Positions 61,401 to 64,000 of a stretch of DNA of 64,000 nucleotides are shown here, piece after piece. A model generated the notes under the pieces. That model searched no databases, was not told where the DNA came from, and worked only from the letters and a program-made list of their open reading frames with translations. The position numbers were made by a program, and so were the translations under genes. Position 1 is the stretch's first letter; the number at the start of each line of letters is the position of its first letter. Origin of the DNA: Macrostomum hystrix (lineage: Eukaryota > Animalia > Platyhelminthes). The stretch covers positions 6,448,001 through 6,512,000 of the forward strand of contig CATNEN010000024.1 of NCBI GenBank assembly GCA_950097015.1, given 5' to 3'.

Positions 61401-63147
61401 ATATCAGATTCTTCCCCTTCCCAGAATATCAGATTCTTCCCCCCAGAATGTCAGATTCTTCCCCCAGAATATCAGATTCTTCCCCTCCCCAGAATATCAG
61501 ATTCTCCCCCCCCCAGAATATCAGATTCTCCCCCCCAGAATATCAGATTCTTCCCCCCCCCAGAATATCAGATTCTCCCCCCCAGAATATCAGATTCTCC
61601 CCCCCAGAATATCAGATTCTTCCCCTCCCCAGAATATCAGATTCTTCCCCTCCCCAGAATATCAAATTCTCCCCCCCAGAATATCAGATTCTTCCCCTCC
61701 CCAGAATATCAGATTCTCCCCCCCAGAATATCAGATTCTCCCCGCCAGAATATCAGATTCTTCCCCTCCCCAGAATATCAGATTCTTCCCCTCCCCAGAA
61801 TATCAGATTCTCCCCCCAGAATATCAGATTCTCCCCCCCCCAGAATATCAGATTCTCGCCCCCCCCCAGAATATCAGATTCTCCCCCCCCCAGAATGTCA
61901 GATTCTTCCCCCCCAGAATATCAGATTCTTCCCCTCCCCAGAATATCAGATTCTTCCCCCCAGAATATCAGATTCTTGCCCCCCCAGAATATCAGATTCT
62001 TCCCCCCAGAATAACAGATTCTTGCCCCCCAGAATATCAGATTCTTCCCCCCAGAATATCAGATTCTTCCCCTCCCCAGAATATCAGATTCTTCCCCCCA
62101 GAATATCAGATTCTTGCCCCCCAGAATATCAGATTCTTCCACAAAGAATCTTCGATTCTTCCACAAAGAATCTTCGATTCTTCCCCTCCCCAGAATATCA
62201 GATTCTTCCTCCCAGAATATCAGATTCTTGCCCCCCAGAATATCAGATTCTTCCACAAAGAATCTTCGATTCTCCACCCAGAAACTCGGATTCTTCCCCC
62301 AAGGAATCTCAGATTCTCCCACAAAAGAATCTCAGATTGCCTCCCGAGCATCTAACCTGGAGAAGGCCTGTGGACAAAGCTGGCACTCGTAGGGCCGCGT
62401 GTTGCTATGCAGACGGGCGTGCCTGCTGAGCATATCGCTGCGATTAAACACCCGATTGCAGACGTGGCACAAGTGACCACCCGAGCGACCAACTGGCGAT
62501 GTCGATCCCCCAGGCGTTGTTGCAGCGGCTGGGGCGGCATTAGCTGTGGTAGCGGCGGCAGAAGCAGCAGCAGCAGCCACCGGCTGGCCAGGCGGAAACA
62601 CGAACAGCGAAGCGGCGGTCGCACTAGCGATAGACGCCGTCGCAGACGTCATTGCCACGGAGGCCGACGATGTTGAATGCGGATTAATGCAGTCGCCAGC
62701 CTGGTCCTGCGGTGTCTGGGGCGCGCTCTGGCACAGCCGATACTGCTGGAACTGGGGCAGCTGCTGGAACTGGTGCAAACTGTGGTGAAACATTTGCAGA
62801 CTAAACTGGTTAGACATTGTTGGCGGCGCAGACGGCGGCGTGAAAGCGTCCGACGAGTCGAAATCTACAGACGGATGGCTGGACGGTCCGGAGGCGGTCG
62901 AAGATGCGGTGGGGGCGCAGCCGGAATCCGTATCCCGACTGGATAAATAGCGATCGCGCAGGTACTTCTTGAAGCCGCCAGCTTGGCCCAGGGCGTCTTC
63001 GCGATTGCCGCCGGTTGAGCTGCCTGAAACGGTGGCGGCGTCGGCGGCTTCGGCGGACGCGACGGCCGAGGCATCGGCCCTCGGCTGGCAGACAGGGCCG
63101 CTGGTGCTGCTGTTTCGGCGCCGCATTCGCTTCTGATAGATGCTGGC
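55444..63147 (-). CDS. klu: Klumpfuss-like (EGR/WT1-related) C2H2 zinc-finger transcription factor; exons 63147-62357 and 55612-55444; a further 5' exon may lie outside the window
   Basis: The phase-2 join AG|gttag ... cacag|A gives three fingers with helices RSDMLSRH, RSDHLSTH and CRRDMITRH, the pattern I recall for Klumpfuss. Linkers are NTRPY and TGDKPY. The last exon is absent from the ORF track. An acceptor (aactag) precedes 63147 in frame with the ATG at 63126. Confidence 0.85.
55845..56755. repeat. 40-bp G-rich minisatellite containing TTAGGG, klu intron
   Basis: Unit ggggtattagggattagggatagaatgggagagtgcagta, about 22 copies. Confidence 0.96.
57490..57772. repeat. 30-bp tandem repeat, klu intron
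   Basis: Unit ctctggaaccgttttctaatatttctgtca. Confidence 0.94.
58170..58812. repeat. 18-19-bp G-rich composite repeat, klu intron
   Basis: Core ggggcggatgagtgtgaa. Confidence 0.92.
59665..59840. repeat. 23-bp purine-rich tandem repeat, klu intron
   Basis: Unit caggagagaatggcagaaagtca. Confidence 0.92.
60000..60240. promoter_or_regulatory. Possible intronic regulatory element in klu (GC-rich island with GC boxes and a full CRE)
   Basis: TGACGTCA at 60144-60151, with ggggcgtg and ccgccc motifs, in non-repetitive GC-rich sequence. Motif presence only. Confidence 0.25.
61000..62335. repeat. About 21-27-bp minisatellite with variable C-run, abutting the klu 5' splice site
   Basis: Unit (c)ncagaatatcagattct(t). 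Confidence 0.96.
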
Positions 63148-63154
63148 CTAGTTG

Positions 63155-63465
63155 GGATTAGATGGGAATTAAATGAGATTAGATTAGATGGGGTGAGATT
63201 AGACTAGGTGAGGTGAGATTAGATTATATGAGTGAGATTAGATTAGATTGGGTGAGATTAGACTAGGTGAGGTGAGATTAGATTATATGAGTTAGATTAT
63301 GTGAGTGAGATTAGATTATCCGATGTGAGATGTCAGGATTGTGAGATTAGATTTGATGGGTCGATATGAGATGGGATTGGATTAGATGGGGTGAGATGAG
63401 ATTAGATTTGGTGGGATGAGAAAGATAGAATGGGATCGGAATGGGATTCGAGATTAGATTATGAG
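63155..63465. repeat. Degenerate gagattagatt-type repeat upstream of the klu acceptor
   Basis: Recurrent gagattaga(t/c)t. Confidence 0.85.
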
Positions 63466-64000
63466 CTAAAATGTGCTAAACGCAATAAAATGGAAGAAAA
63501 TGAAGTTATAGTAAGCCAGTTAGGTGGGTTATGGGTGATGATATTTGTTGCTTTTTATCTAACTCGATCAGTGTCCAAAAATGGGGTTATATGAAAAGGG
63601 AATCTAATCTTATAGACTTGAAAGTTGGATTTGAAATACGGCCTCACTGTTAGCTACTTGATTCAGCCTTGTGTGAACTGACTAAATTCTCTTAGGCCAC
63701 ATTTTTGGCACTTGTTTGTCCCCCCTGACTGACTCCCAAGACTCCGGCGCCAGTAGCGGTGCAAATGTACTTAAATTCGTTAGAATAATAACAATTGTAA
63801 ACACGGCCATTTCCCAGCCGATGTCTCTCCTCAGTCGTCATAGATTGTAAAATGACAGGGAATTAGTCTACGTCTCTACGACTTGGATTGTCTGATTTCA
63901 AAGGAGGCCGGACTGAATCTGATAACAAAATAATCAAGGAATGAATGCAGTGAATCGCATTTCGTCCCAGACTAACACTAACAGATTTAGACCGATTCAT

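Noticed and set aside
61092-62429. Pro-rich ORFs (PPEYQIL/PRISDSS) and similar ORFs at 1258, 1888, 34026-35610 and 58132
   Set aside because: These are translations of non-triplet tandem repeats inside introns or transposon arms.

Overview
This is eukaryotic (metazoan) genomic DNA, not prokaryotic. GC-rich exons with GT-AG introns sit among AT-rich spacers and more than 30 unrelated tandem-repeat arrays. Gene content and architecture suggest a free-living flatworm such as Macrostomum, which is an inference I cannot confirm. I spliced eight protein-coding genes by hand and checked exon phases. They are: the 3' part of PAN3 (+); a complete 12-exon L1/neuroglian adhesion molecule (-, 1422 aa); a short CEP43/FOP-like gene (-); an intronless DEG/ENaC channel resembling FaNaC (-); a degenerate calmodulin-like gene (+); an orphan single-TM protein with a possible SEFIR/TIR-like tail (+); LST-2/ZFYVE28 (+); and a klumpfuss-like C2H2 factor (-) whose last exon is missing from the ORF track. 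Mobile DNA comprises a frameshifted IS630/Tc1-mariner element whose left TIR has expanded into a 101-bp tandem array, a non-autonomous hAT-like element containing a second foldback element (both with 8-bp TSDs), and SINE-like relics. The main unexplained pattern is that almost every intron over about 240 bp carries its own private minisatellite, some built from splice-site-like sequence or perfect G-quadruplex units. Most long ORFs in the track are repeat artefacts. There is no CRISPR array, rRNA gene or convincing intact tRNA gene.
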